Shown here: positions 24,929 to 35,468 of the stretch, one piece after another
Position numbering within the stretch: position 1 is the first letter of the stretch
How the letters are laid out: each line of letters opens with the position of its first letter
Source of the DNA: Azolla caroliniana
Taxonomy: Eukaryota > Plantae > Polypodiophyta
Reading direction: 5' to 3'
DNA length: 64,000 bases
NCBI GenBank assembly: GCA_043228905.1
Contig: JBHGNT010000001.1
Span: 29,264,001 to 29,328,000 of the forward strand
Translations under genes and position numbers: made by a program
Notes under the pieces: generated by a model
Seen by the model: the letters and a program-made list of their open reading frames with translations, nothing else
The model's database searches: none
What the model was told of the DNA's origin: nothing

Positions 24929-25310
24929 TGTGTGATCTAGAGAGAGAAGCCCTGTTTTGCATGTGTGAGGAGACAGTGATTGAGTGTATATCTAGACTCT
25001 AGAGAGAGAGAGAGAGAGGAGCTATGGGTTTTGTCTGTGTGAGGGAGTATGTAATATGTATATTAGATATCTAGATTTTGTAGAGAGAGAAAATCTGTCA
25101 GTTCTCGTGAGAGAGAGAGAGAGAGAGTGTGTGTATGTGTGTCAGATGTCACTTCTATTCACAAAATATTATGAATATCAAAAATTTAAAAAACTAAAAA
25201 AAAGTCAAAAAAGAAGAAGAGCCAAACGAATATCGCGTATCATACGCGTACGTTTGCAAACGTTCGCGTACGTCCAGTAAATTGGATGTACGTGAATATT
25301 AGGAACTATG
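24699..25310. mobile_element. hAT-type MITE (612 bp) with (GA)n tracts
   Basis: TIR CATAGTTC/GAACTATG; 8-bp TSD GTGCCAAC at 24691-24698 and 25311-25318. Confidence 0.9.
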
Positions 25311-25345
25311 GTGCCAACATAAGACCATGAGGGTAAGGGAGGGGG

Positions 25346-25353
25346 TTTATATA
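25346..25353 (-). promoter_or_regulatory. TATA box of the inverted non-coding unit
   Basis: TATATAAA ~34 nt upstream of the reconstructed HHR core, after a C-rich tract; mirrors 30254. Confidence 0.6.
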
Positions 25354-25833
25354 GGATTTTAGGAGAGGGGTATAGTGAGGGTGTGGGATCAAAGTTGGGA
25401 GTGGGGAGCAAGGGTGTGCTATGTGCATATGTGCACATTTAAGGGAGAAAAAGATAGTGGGATGTAAGTTTTAAGGTTTTTTAAGGATAGGGAAAAGGGA
25501 ATGGTAAGAGGGAAGGAGTGAGAGGGTATGGGAAAGAGTGTAGGGAGAAGTGAGAGAGAGGGGGAAAGGGATGTGCATATGTGCACACGTGCATGTGCAT
25601 GTTTTAAGGAAGGAGGGGTAAAGTTGTTATAAGCTAGGGAAAAGGGAATGGTGATGTGGGCACATGTGTGGGGTTAAAAAGTAAGAGAGAGGGGAAGGTA
25701 TGGGTTAAAAAAGAAGAGAGAAGGGGAAGGTAGAGTTTTAAGAGAGATGAGGGGTAGGGATAGGGATACGATTTAGGGTTTGCCTTACGGCTTTGCAAGG
25801 AGTGCGAGTCGACATACCGCTCGAATACGGAGC

Positions 25834-27660
25834 ATGTCCACTCTTGATAGCAATGGGCCCCCCGAACCCATTACTACCGTAGATGTAACTAGGACCCCCC
25901 AAAAAACTACGAGTACCCAGGTAATCTCCAATGAATCACCGCTAATTTCCCAACACTTTGAAGATTACAAGTGTGGAATAATAGCAGAGTTTAAAAGCCT
26001 CTATCAAAAAGCACAAAAAGAAAAAAGAACATACACTCGTATGTCAAACCTAAATTCGCATAATATAGCCCCTCATAGCTTGAGAATCCAACCCCCTAGA
26101 CTAGTTATCAAACACGAAGATATTAATAAAAGTTTACACCTAGAGTTTGCTTCCATTACAACACAATATAGTAAAGATCTCACTATCGCCTATGTTAAGC
26201 ATTTAGACAGCCTTGTGCATTATTATACTAAAATTGTAGATGACTTTCCCACAACCGTGCGAACAGATATACTCAAGCTTGCTAATCTCCTAAAAGCCCC
26301 CACTTGTTTTGACATAATAGAACCCGATTCAAACCCAAACTCATTTAGCAAACAACTTGAAGATTTCAGAGAAAAATTTGCCACTAATATTTTAAAAGAA
26401 TGTAATACAATAGCTCTATCATTCACTTATAAGGAAGCCTTTAGAACTGCTGCAATGCAAACAAGAGATAAAGCACAATTAAAAAACAACAACACTCAGA
26501 GCACAAGCAAGCACCATATTAGAGAGATAGACCTAGATATGGAGTCTGAAGATGATAGTGAAAAGTTAGTAGATAGTTTTGAGAAAGAACAATATGACAA
26601 ATTTCAGTTTACATCTCATCACAATAACCTTAACTTGAGAACAAACCCTAACTCTACCTCTAACTCTAACCCTAACCCTAACTTGAAAAAAAACCCTAAC
26701 TCTAGAATAAACCCTAACCCTAACCCTAACTCGAGAATAAACCCTAGCCCTAATTTCAAAACAAACCCTAACCCTAACCCTAACCCTAATTTCAAAACAA
26801 TCCCTAACCCTAACTTGAGAACCAACCCCAACCCTAACCCTTGGCCTCGAACAACAAACCCGAAACCTCTTCCACCACAAATTAAGCGTGGATCATCCAA
26901 CCACCACAACCATCCTCAATTCATCTGCAACATAAATAATAATGAAGTTAGCATGAACCCTTATCCTAACAACCTCAATCATAGAAACCCAAAAGTATTA
27001 TTCTATAGACCCAATGGCCTTTCGATAGGCCCGAACACAAACTCAGCCCACCTCCACCATAACACAAGGATAACACCAACATTCCCGAACTCCAACTTCA
27101 CCACATATGTTTCCCCTTATACAGGTCCATCGCATCATCCACCACAGGATCTCCATCATCGACCATCACAACTTTTTGGTGGTGGTGGCGGCAATGACAT
27201 CAACCACCATACGCTAGCTTGGCCACACAGCTCACACGGAGTACCCCCATCTCTAATCCATACTTTCCACTCATCGATCACACCTGTTGGTTTCTCGTCA
27301 GCCCTACAAAACCACCAACAACACGATGGATTAAAGCTAAAGACGGGTGGCGATGTTCTCGACTCGGCGCGTACAGTTGACTATAGAGGCGTCGACCTCC
27401 CCCATTCTCACCTTCCCCCCTTGCTCTCCAGCCCTCCTCTGTATACTGAGCCCCTCAAAGCCTCTCATCCCTCCTCCTTTGCCCCTCAATTTTCTTTCCC
27501 TCCTCCTACAATAGGGCAACATAATCCATCCCCCTTTCCTTATTCATGGCCACTACACCCACACCCCTTTCACTCTCAAAACCCTCCCACATTTTCTACA
27601 AATTCCTTGTATACACACACTCTCTCTCTCTCCAACCTAACCCCCTCTGTTACTTTCTAA
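25834..27660 (+). CDS. PLE ORF1: helical N-terminal half, Asn-Pro repeat, Pro/His-rich tail; function unknown
   Basis: Uninterrupted ORF (first ATG 25834) directly upstream of the PLE RT, with the same C/A-rich strand bias. Confidence 0.75.
   Translation: MSTLDSNGPPEPITTVDVTRTPQKTTSTQVISNESPLISQHFEDYKCGIIAEFKSLYQKAQKEKRTYTRMSNLNSHNIAPHSLRIQPPRLVIKHEDINKSLHLEFASITTQYSKDLTIAYVKHLDSLVHYYTKIVDDFPTTVRTDILKLANLLKAPTCFDIIEPDSNPNSFSKQLEDFREKFATNILKECNTIALSFTYKEAFRTAAMQTRDKAQLKNNNTQSTSKHHIREIDLDMESEDDSEKLVDSFEKEQYDKFQFTSHHNNLNLRTNPNSTSNSNPNPNLKKNPNSRINPNPNPNSRINPSPNFKTNPNPNPNPNFKTIPNPNLRTNPNPNPWPRTTNPKPLPPQIKRGSSNHHNHPQFICNINNNEVSMNPYPNNLNHRNPKVLFYRPNGLSIGPNTNSAHLHHNTRITPTFPNSNFTTYVSPYTGPSHHPPQDLHHRPSQLFGGGGGNDINHHTLAWPHSSHGVPPSLIHTFHSSITPVGFSSALQNHQQHDGLKLKTGGDVLDSARTVDYRGVDLPHSHLPPLLSSPPLYTEPLKASHPSSFAPQFSFPPPTIGQHNPSPFPYSWPLHPHPFHSQNPPTFSTNSLYTHTLSLSNLTPSVTF
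26625..26840 (+). repeat. Degenerate (AACCCT)n telomere-like tract encoding NPNPNP
   Basis: Direct reading. Confidence 0.85.
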
Positions 27661-27990
27661 TATTCCCCAACCTAACCCCCTTCCCCCTTTTTGTAATGAC
27701 CCCCATCCATATTTTCCCCCGAACACTTTGTATAATTCTGGTCTTACCCCTCCCCCTATTTTTAACACAGCCCCCTCCCCCCCTAATATCTTCACACACT
27801 CCCTCTCCTTTCTTAATAATTCCACACATGCACCCCCCCCCTTTTTCTCACATAATTTGAAAAATAATACCCCTCCCCTTTTTCCTAATTCTAACTCGTT
27901 TGCCCCTACCACACACCCATATAATAAATCAAACCCCCATAGCTCTTACAAACCCCCCCCTCACCCCCAAACTAAAACTCGGTCATATAC

Positions 27991-30000
27991 ATGTAGACCA
28001 AAAAACGGGTAGCGAGGCGTGCTAAACGAATTAGTAAACGTTTTAAGCATGCCTTGCACCCTTGTAAGCGTCTCTTTTACATACTAGATAGGCCCCCCTT
28101 AACTTGTGATACCTACATGTGGCTAGGTAGAACAAACTCTCATTTCCCCTTCTCCCCTTACACTAAATCACACACTAAAAAGTCAAATACTAAAAAACCA
28201 CGAACCAAATTTTGGACTCCCCTCCTTAGGAAACCTGTAATTAATAGTAGGATACACAATCACTCTGATTATACCCTCTCCAAACACGAGACACAACTCC
28301 TCAACCTAGGTTTGAAACACATCCTCCCATCTTCCCCACCTCCACCTCTTATCCTACTTAAAGAATTTGATAGCCTTAGTAGGACCCTCCGACTTAAACA
28401 CTTTTTCAAAGATGAGGATAATTCCCCCCTAAATCCCTTTAAACTACCTAACCCTAGTTGGCAACCCCCTACTAAATACATACCCCTAGAAAACATTATA
28501 GTTAAACATCAAACTCTCTTTAGTAATACACTTCATACACTCAAATTAAAACCCACTAGGATTCCACTCCACTTATTACAAGCCTTACAATCTCTTAAAA
28601 ATAACAATAGAATCATAATTTTACCCGCGGATAAAAACGTTGGAGTTTATGTTCTTAACAAAGACACATACTATAACAAAGCTGTAGAACACCTTTCTGA
28701 TTCTAATACCTATAGAGTAGTTTCCCACTATCCACTTGAAGAGTTATCATATAGACTTAAAAAGATTGTTAACAACCATCTAGGTACCTTATCCACCATA
28801 GAAGCCAACTACATACTACATAAGCCCTCAACAGGATACCAAGTATGCAATCTCTACTTCTTCCCCAAACTCCAGAAGAACCCAATGGGCTTTAGACCTA
28901 TTTGTTCATATAATAACTCTCTTTTTGAACAGACGTCTAAATGGCTTCACCACCAACTCATGCCAATCCTTCTCCTTCAAAAACAATATTTGAAAGACTC
29001 ACACTCCCTTATCCAAACTCTAGAACATCTTAAACCACCCCCTAATAGCTTTATCTTTACCTTTGATGTTGAATCCTTATATCCTAGCATCCCCCCTAAG
29101 CTAGGTCTAGAAGCCTTACGAAAAATCATTACCCCCCATTTTTCGACTTCTAAAACTAACCTTATTTATACACTTAGCGCACTCGCATTAGAATATCACT
29201 TTCTCTCTTTTGACGACGTAATTTATCAACAAGTAAAGGGTACAACCATGGGTAGTAATTTTTCTGTAGTATATGCTTGCCTTTTCTTAGCTCACTTAGG
29301 GAATTCGCAACCACCACACCCAAATCTTTGCTTTTTCACTAGATATATAGATGACGCTTTCGGAATATGGACGGGTACTAAACTCGAGTTAGAAAATTAC
29401 CTTCAATTCTATAATACCTCTACTAATAATTGTATCAAACTTACCATCACCACTTCCCCCTCTAGATTACCCTTCCTAGACTTATGGATTAACCTAGAAA
29501 ACTCAAAATTCTCCTTTAATTGCTACCAAAAGCCCCAAAATGCTTACCAATATCTCCCGTTCTCGTCAGAACACCCTCTTCATTTAAAAAGACATTTTAT
29601 TATTAATGAACTAAAATGATACCTAATTAGAGAAAGCACTCCTTTAGGTTTCCATTGAATGAAAAAACTATTTTTTACTAGACTAATTACGAGAGGATAT
29701 CACCCTTCTTTCATAAAAGAGAATTATAAAAATGTCCCCTTTAGGGTTAGGAAATCACTAATATATAGTAGGAAACCCAAAAGTACTCTTCTACCCGTTA
29801 TCTTCAAACTTAGATATACACAAGATACCCCTAAGATAGGAATTCACGACATGCTAAAAAACCTCCACGAGGATTTACTCTTAGATCCCAAACTATCTCA
29901 GATACCTAGACCTTTTGTGTGTTGGACTAAGTCCAAGTCCATTCACTCTTTTTTGGTCAAAATTAAATATAAAAGGTCATCCCCAAAATCTCTTACTTAA
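27991..30000 (+). pseudogene. Penelope-like reverse transcriptase, no GIY-YIG endonuclease; 3 in-frame stops (27994, 29617, 29656)
   Basis: LNLGLK, PADKN, FPKLQK..FRPICS, FDVESLYPSIP, QVKGTTMGS, RYIDD, PFLDL, YQKP..YLPFSSEHP, RLITRGY. ORF ends shortly after SIHSFLV with no GIY-YIG on either side. Confidence 0.93.
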
Positions 30001-30253
30001 CACTACACATTTACTTACTTATAACCCCCCACTTATGCATAACACACCCCCACTTATTACTTACCATAATCTCCCACTTTTCATAGCCCACCCCCACTTA
30101 TTACTTAGCATACACATACTTATAACCCTCCAGTCTTCTTAGCCCACCACCACTTTGTATCATTCAACTGCCTACCATTACCCCCTTCTTCTCTCTCCCA
30201 TCACTAACTCTTATTTCTCCTCTCTCCCTCTCCCTCTCCCACCTCCCCCACCT

Positions 30254-30261
30254 TATATAAA
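30254..30261 (+). promoter_or_regulatory. TATA box in PLE pseudo-LTR
   Basis: TATATAAA 30 nt upstream of the HHR core. Confidence 0.6.
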
Positions 30262-30282
30262 GCTACACCCATCTTGTAATAG

Positions 30283-30335
30283 ACCTTTGCACTGATGAGC
30301 TCATTCTTGAGCGAAACTAGTTTGCTGCATAAGGT
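30283..30335 (+). ncRNA. Type I minimal hammerhead ribozyme (PLE pLTR type)
   Basis: ACCTTTGCA-CTGATGA-GCTCA-TTCT-TGAGC-GAAAC-TA-GTT-TGCTGCATAAGGT; palindromic stem III AAACTAGTTT. Confidence 0.92.
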
Positions 30336-32691
30336 ATTTCTTTTCATTCTAATGATATTTTCTTGAGTCTCTCTCTCTCTCCCCCCCCCCCCCCCCTTTG
30401 GTACTCACAATCTATTTTCTTCCTATTAGATTATCTACCCTATTACTACGTCGCTCGCACTCCTTGTAACGACCCAACAGTTGACAATAAGAGCTCAGAA
30501 ACACAGATAACACGCGAGATGGATGAAAACAGGAAAGGGAAATACTGGCTCAACACCGAGATGAGAATCAAACACAACAAACAAATGGATTAAATAACAT
30601 CGGAATACAGTTGGGCTCAACCGGCAACAAAGCTTCACGCTCCTGAAGACACGCACAACCACATTGTAGTGGGCCTATGATCGGGAGCACACGGGCTTCC
30701 AACGCGAAACAGAGGCCTCACCACCATGCAACAGATACACAAAGTAGAAATCAACAAAGCTCGGTCCGGTAGCACTTCGTTCTCCAAAATTGTGGATCCT
30801 TCTTCCGTCTTCCACCCCTCCTTTTATAGCTTGAGGAGCGAGAGAGGAGTCGTTACATCAGGTCGTTAAGACAACCGCTTTTTGTCCTTGATTCTCTCCT
30901 CGATTTCCTCCAATCAATCACCTTTATTCTTCTCTATTCATGTGATCATAAAGTACCTATTAAATCACTCCTACCTAATATTCATCAACATTCCAAATAT
31001 GTTATTTACAAATGTTTCTACATAAAGACAATTTCGTGTGCATCCGGGCACACCCCCGTTCACGCGCATTCGGTGAGTTTCCTCCTAGTAGCCGGAATCC
31101 TTCAGAACATCCACCCCACCAAACCGCACATCCTTCGGCATGTGCCAAGTAGTGAAGCGGTGGGGATTCCAGGTCAGTCTTCACTCGTCCTCTCCCAAAC
31201 CGTCGTCGATCTGGTCCTCATCCGGCTCCTCGCCCTCGTCGACGCTTTTGACCTCTTTCTCCGGATTTAGTTCCACTTTGTGGCGTTTCTTGAAGGCCTT
31301 AATCCCCTTTCCCACACTCGGTACCGCTATCCTCATCCCGTCGAGCTTCGCAAGGTGGTACATCATATTGTCATTGTTGCTCGTCACCACATACGAAATG
31401 AACCACCTCCTCGCGAACTTCCGGGTCGACCGATGTTGGTTGTCAAGGCTGTTGTTGTAGACCAGCATCCAGTCGCCTTCCTCGATCTTCTTCGGTTGGA
31501 GTCGGTGCATCTGGTCGAACCGGCCCTTGTTCTTCTTCCTCGCCTCTTCCACCATCACCATCGCTCGCTCCATGTCCTCAGGCCTTCGCTCTAGCTGTCG
31601 GATCCACGCTGTCAACATCTCCTCCTGACTCATCTCGTTCGACCAGTCGATCGACATCCATGAGGCTATTGTCCACTCCACCGACATAATCGGCTTTTGC
31701 TCGAACATGAGTTCGACTGACATGTATCTTCCTGATGCATCCATACCAGCAGATCACGTCTTTGATTAGGAACCGGCATACCGCTGTTGTTGTCTTGTTC
31801 GTCAGGTCCTCTCTTGCAAGCACCAGGTACCGCATCTGTCCCACCCCATTGGCATCGTCACGAAATCAACCATCCACTTGAAGTGAATGGTCAGGGGTAA
31901 GTCGGGTGCAACTCATCGTGGTACCGGATCGCTGAATGCATTTGGCAACTCTTAGACGTCGACATGAAGTGTTTCACATCTCTATACGGTTCCGACCACC
32001 AATACTTCTTTTTCAACTTCTCGAACGTGGCCCATGTTCCCTAGTGTCCAGACCAGGGACTCTCGTGGAACTCCGACATGACTATTGCCTGGTCCTCTTC
32101 CTTTGTCACCACTCAGAGTGGTGTGTTAGTCCGCTTCTTTGGATGCTGCCAGATCTTCCCGTCTTGTAGAAAGAACTTGTATGCCTTCTTCCGGATCCAA
32201 CTCACTTCTTCCTTTTTCCACGATGTGTCTAGTGACATAGTTGTCGTGAAGATCCGTCACTAGGCGCGGATCGCGAGGCGGAACCGCCGGGGTTTTGGAC
32301 CGGAAGGATCGAAGTTCTCACCAAGCTTAGCGAGAAAGTATTTAAGATAGATTGAGAGAGAGAAAAAGATTAAGATTAAGCGCTTGACTTAGATTGAGAA
32401 AGATTGATATGGCCAAGAGAGAGATATTGAGATTAAGATTTTAACTCTTGATTTAAGAAACAAGATATATCATCAATGAGTTTTCTTCTTATTAATTTTC
32501 TTAGTTCATACATGGATCCATAATACATTTTCATCCATCTTTTTATAGATGCCCCCATGCATATGATGCATGTTTGCCATTTGGCGCTCGTGTATTACAT
32601 GTGGTGCATGATAACCATGTCACTCATTTTAGCTCTCATGCATAAGAATTTACATGTAAAAGTACGATGATAGAAATATAATTTTAACTAA

Positions 32692-32762
32692 ATATCTTGG
32701 CTCAATGGTAAGCCAATTGACTCCTAACTTGGAGGTGCAAGGTTCGAATCCTTACTTGCCTT
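32692..32762 (+). other. tRNA-derived sequence in LTR E
   Basis: TGGCTCAATGG (A box) and GGTTCGAATCC (B box); homologous to the tRNA-like part of LTR D. Confidence 0.72.
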
Positions 32763-34362
32763 CCTTGTATATGTATATATATATATATATTTATCTAGTC
32801 GTCAGATGTCGGTTCCACCGGCTAGCTGGTTCCGCCGGATCATCGGTGTGCCACCGTCGCTTTGTCGGCTGTCGCCGGCTCCATCGCTGGTTTGGCCAAA
32901 ACCTTTATAAGTGGCTAGGCCACCTCCACTCTTAGTTACAGTTACCTTGAACTCTTACATAGAGAGTTCAAATAGACACAAAGATAATAGCTTTTGCTCT
33001 ACCTTATATATGATGAGAGCCGTATTTGTCGTGCCTATGTGGGATATCTCACAATTTTCTCTTTTCCTTTCACAAACTTTATACCCTCATATCTTGACAT
33101 CTAGTTGTCCGTTTCTCGTGTAATAAAGTGCATTCGAAAGCTCTTGAAGGCCTCCATCATTTTGTACTTAGATATTAAACTTATTTAAAATGTTATCTTC
33201 AGTATTATTGTTTTATGTGATTCATACTCGATTTTGTACGTTTTATGTGATTTTCACACCATTGCCGAAAATCTTCACGACATCCACCCCCACCAAACCG
33301 CACGTCCTCCGGTACGTGCCAAGAAGAGAGAAAGTGAGATTTCGGCTACGGTGGTCAATCAAATTCCTCCATGTCTTCATTTACATCCACCCTATTATGT
33401 TCATCGTTGAGGTGATCAAGGTCAAGATCCTCGTCTTGTCTTTTCTTGAAAATCTTTACTCTTTTTCCCGCAATGGGTACGGCCAACCTTGATCCGTTCA
33501 GCTCCGCAAGGTGGTATGTGGCATTATCGTTGGCACTTGTCACCACATACGGCCCGAACCATCTTCTTGCGAACTTTCTTGTTGTATTGTGTTGATTGTC
33601 AAGGTTGCTGTCGTAAACCAAAACCCAATCTCCTTCTTCAATCTTCTTGGGACGAAGTCGATGCGTGTTGTCGAACCGAACTTTGTTCTTTACTCGGGCT
33701 GCCTCCATCATCTTTCACACTTTTTCTAGATCTTCAAGTCTTCTTTCAAGTTGCCTTATCCGCGCCGCTAATAACTCTTCTCGGCTCATCTCATTCTCCC
33801 ATGGTATCGCTACCCATGAGGCGATCGTCCTTTCGATGGGCATTATCGGCTTTTGTCCATACATAAGCTCCATCGGCATATACCCTGTCACCAAGCTGTG
33901 TGTCGTTCTGTCGGCCCACAAGGCATAGGGTAATAGTCGTGGCCAATTCCCGACTCGACCGTTGCATGCCTGTACGATGGCTTTGACGATAGGTCCATGC
34001 CCTTGCTCGATCTTCCCATTCGCTTCCGGATTGTACATAGTCGTGAGGGAGAGCTTCATGCCTAGTCGTTCGAAGAGCTCCATCGCTTCGTGCGCATCAA
34101 ACTCCCCTCGGTCGACCACTATCTTCCCCACACATCTGTATCGGCAAACAACCTCTTCAAGTAGAAATTTGCAAACGGTTGAAGTCGTCTTATTTGTCAA
34201 GGCTCGTCCTTCCACTTGATTTGTCAAGTCTTCCCTTGCCAGCACTAAGTACTTCATTTGTCCTACTCCCATTGGCATTGAGACCAAATCCACCATCCAT
34301 TTGAAGTGTATGGTGAGTGGGTATGTCGGTTGTAACTCATCACGATGACATATATTTGAATA

Positions 34363-35088
34363 TGTTGGGAAATAGGTCCCTCCGGATGGGAAGGGAGAAG
34401 CATAGTGCCGATGAACAAACTCGGCCGAGGCCGAGACCGGATGAGGAGTACCCGGTTACGGAGAGCTGGATGGTACAGACCCGGTATGAACCGGATGAGG
34501 AGGACCCGGCTACGGAGAGCCGGATGGTGCAGACCTGGTATGAACCGGATGAGGAGGACCCGGCTACGGAGAGCCGGATGATACAGACCCGGTGAAGACC
34601 GGATGAGGAGTACCCGGCTACGCAGAACCGGATGAAGAGACATATTCGTAAATATGTTTTCTGATAGTCCATCGAGGCTATATTTGTAAATAGCCGAAAA
34701 GTTATATTAGTATAAATATGACTTAGGGCAAACTCTTAGTGTTGTTGTCATTTTCTTGTTGGTGCAAGAAGAAGAGTGAGCACGTAACAATGTACAGAGA
34801 GAGAGAGAGAAAGAGGTCGTTGCCTCTGTTGTAACCGCCGCCCGTGGCGAAGATCGTGAGCACGAGGTCGTTGCCTTCATGAACTCATTGTTTTGTACAT
34901 TCCAACTTAGTAATAGTTTGCAGCCTGTGGGCTGCCGTGGTTTTTCCCTCTTTGGGCTTTCCACGTAAACATTCTGTGTACCCTTTTCTCTCCTTTGTGT
35001 CGCGTGTTTTCGTTTCCTGTTTTCTGTGTATGAAAAGAATCTCGGTTGTGGCCGAGCATTGTGCATAAGGAGCGTTGAGTTCCCGTCA
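34363..35088. mobile_element. Solo LTR family A (inverted relative to 2828-3624)
   Basis: 5-bp TSD GAATA; interrupts the IN motif CQIYS|NICHRDEL. Confidence 0.9.
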
Positions 35089-35468
35089 GAATATATTTGG
35101 CAAGTTTCGCATGTGGACACGAAATGGAGTACATCTTTGTACATGCTTGGCCACCAATACTTCTCCTTCAACTTTTCGAACGTCGCCCATGTTCCTCTAT
35201 GACCTGCCCAAGCACTCTCGTGGAATTCGGTCATCAGCGTCTCTTGCTCTTCTTTCTTCACCACCACTCGACGTGGTATTCCTGTCCTTCTTTTTGGATG
35301 TCGCCAAAGGAATCCTCCCTTCAAGAAGTATCGGTAAGCTTTCTTCCGGATTCGTAGGGCCTCCTCCTTTGTCAACGAAGCATCTGTCATCAATGTTCTT
35401 AGGAATCTACCAATGAGTAACCACTCTCCTTCGTACTCATTCTCGTTGAAGGCGTGGAGGGTTTGCGT

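Larger units (their letters stand above)
17331..25326 (-). ncRNA. Type I hammerhead ribozyme, split by gypsy (17364-24678) and MITE (24699-25310) insertions
   Basis: Removing both inserts and one TSD copy each gives GGTCTTATGTTGGCA-CTGATGA-GCCC-GTGAT-GGGC-GAAAC-TA-GTT-TGCCATAAGACC, with a full core and paired stems I and II. Confidence 0.88.
16550..30490. mobile_element. Composite endonuclease-less Penelope-like retroelement insertion (inverted non-coding HHR unit + coding unit)
   Basis: Bounded by the 179-bp duplication; PLE RT; two hammerheads facing outward; shared terminal motif. Confidence 0.85.
16146..32241 (-). mobile_element. Gypsy family B element, 3' part: 3' LTR 16146-31109 (interrupted by the PLE insertion) plus degenerate integrase 31181-32241
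   Basis: TG...CA termini, PPT next to 31110, IN C-terminus KKIEEGDW...TRKFARRWF. Confidence 0.88.

Noticed and set aside
25200-25240. RRAKRIS peptide matching the RT N-terminus near 28015
   Set aside because: Lies inside a MITE and is a short low-complexity match; probably chance.
25772-30490. DIRS/tyrosine-recombinase element because of the inverted termini
   Set aside because: RT motifs are PLE-type; no RNaseH or tyrosine recombinase seen.
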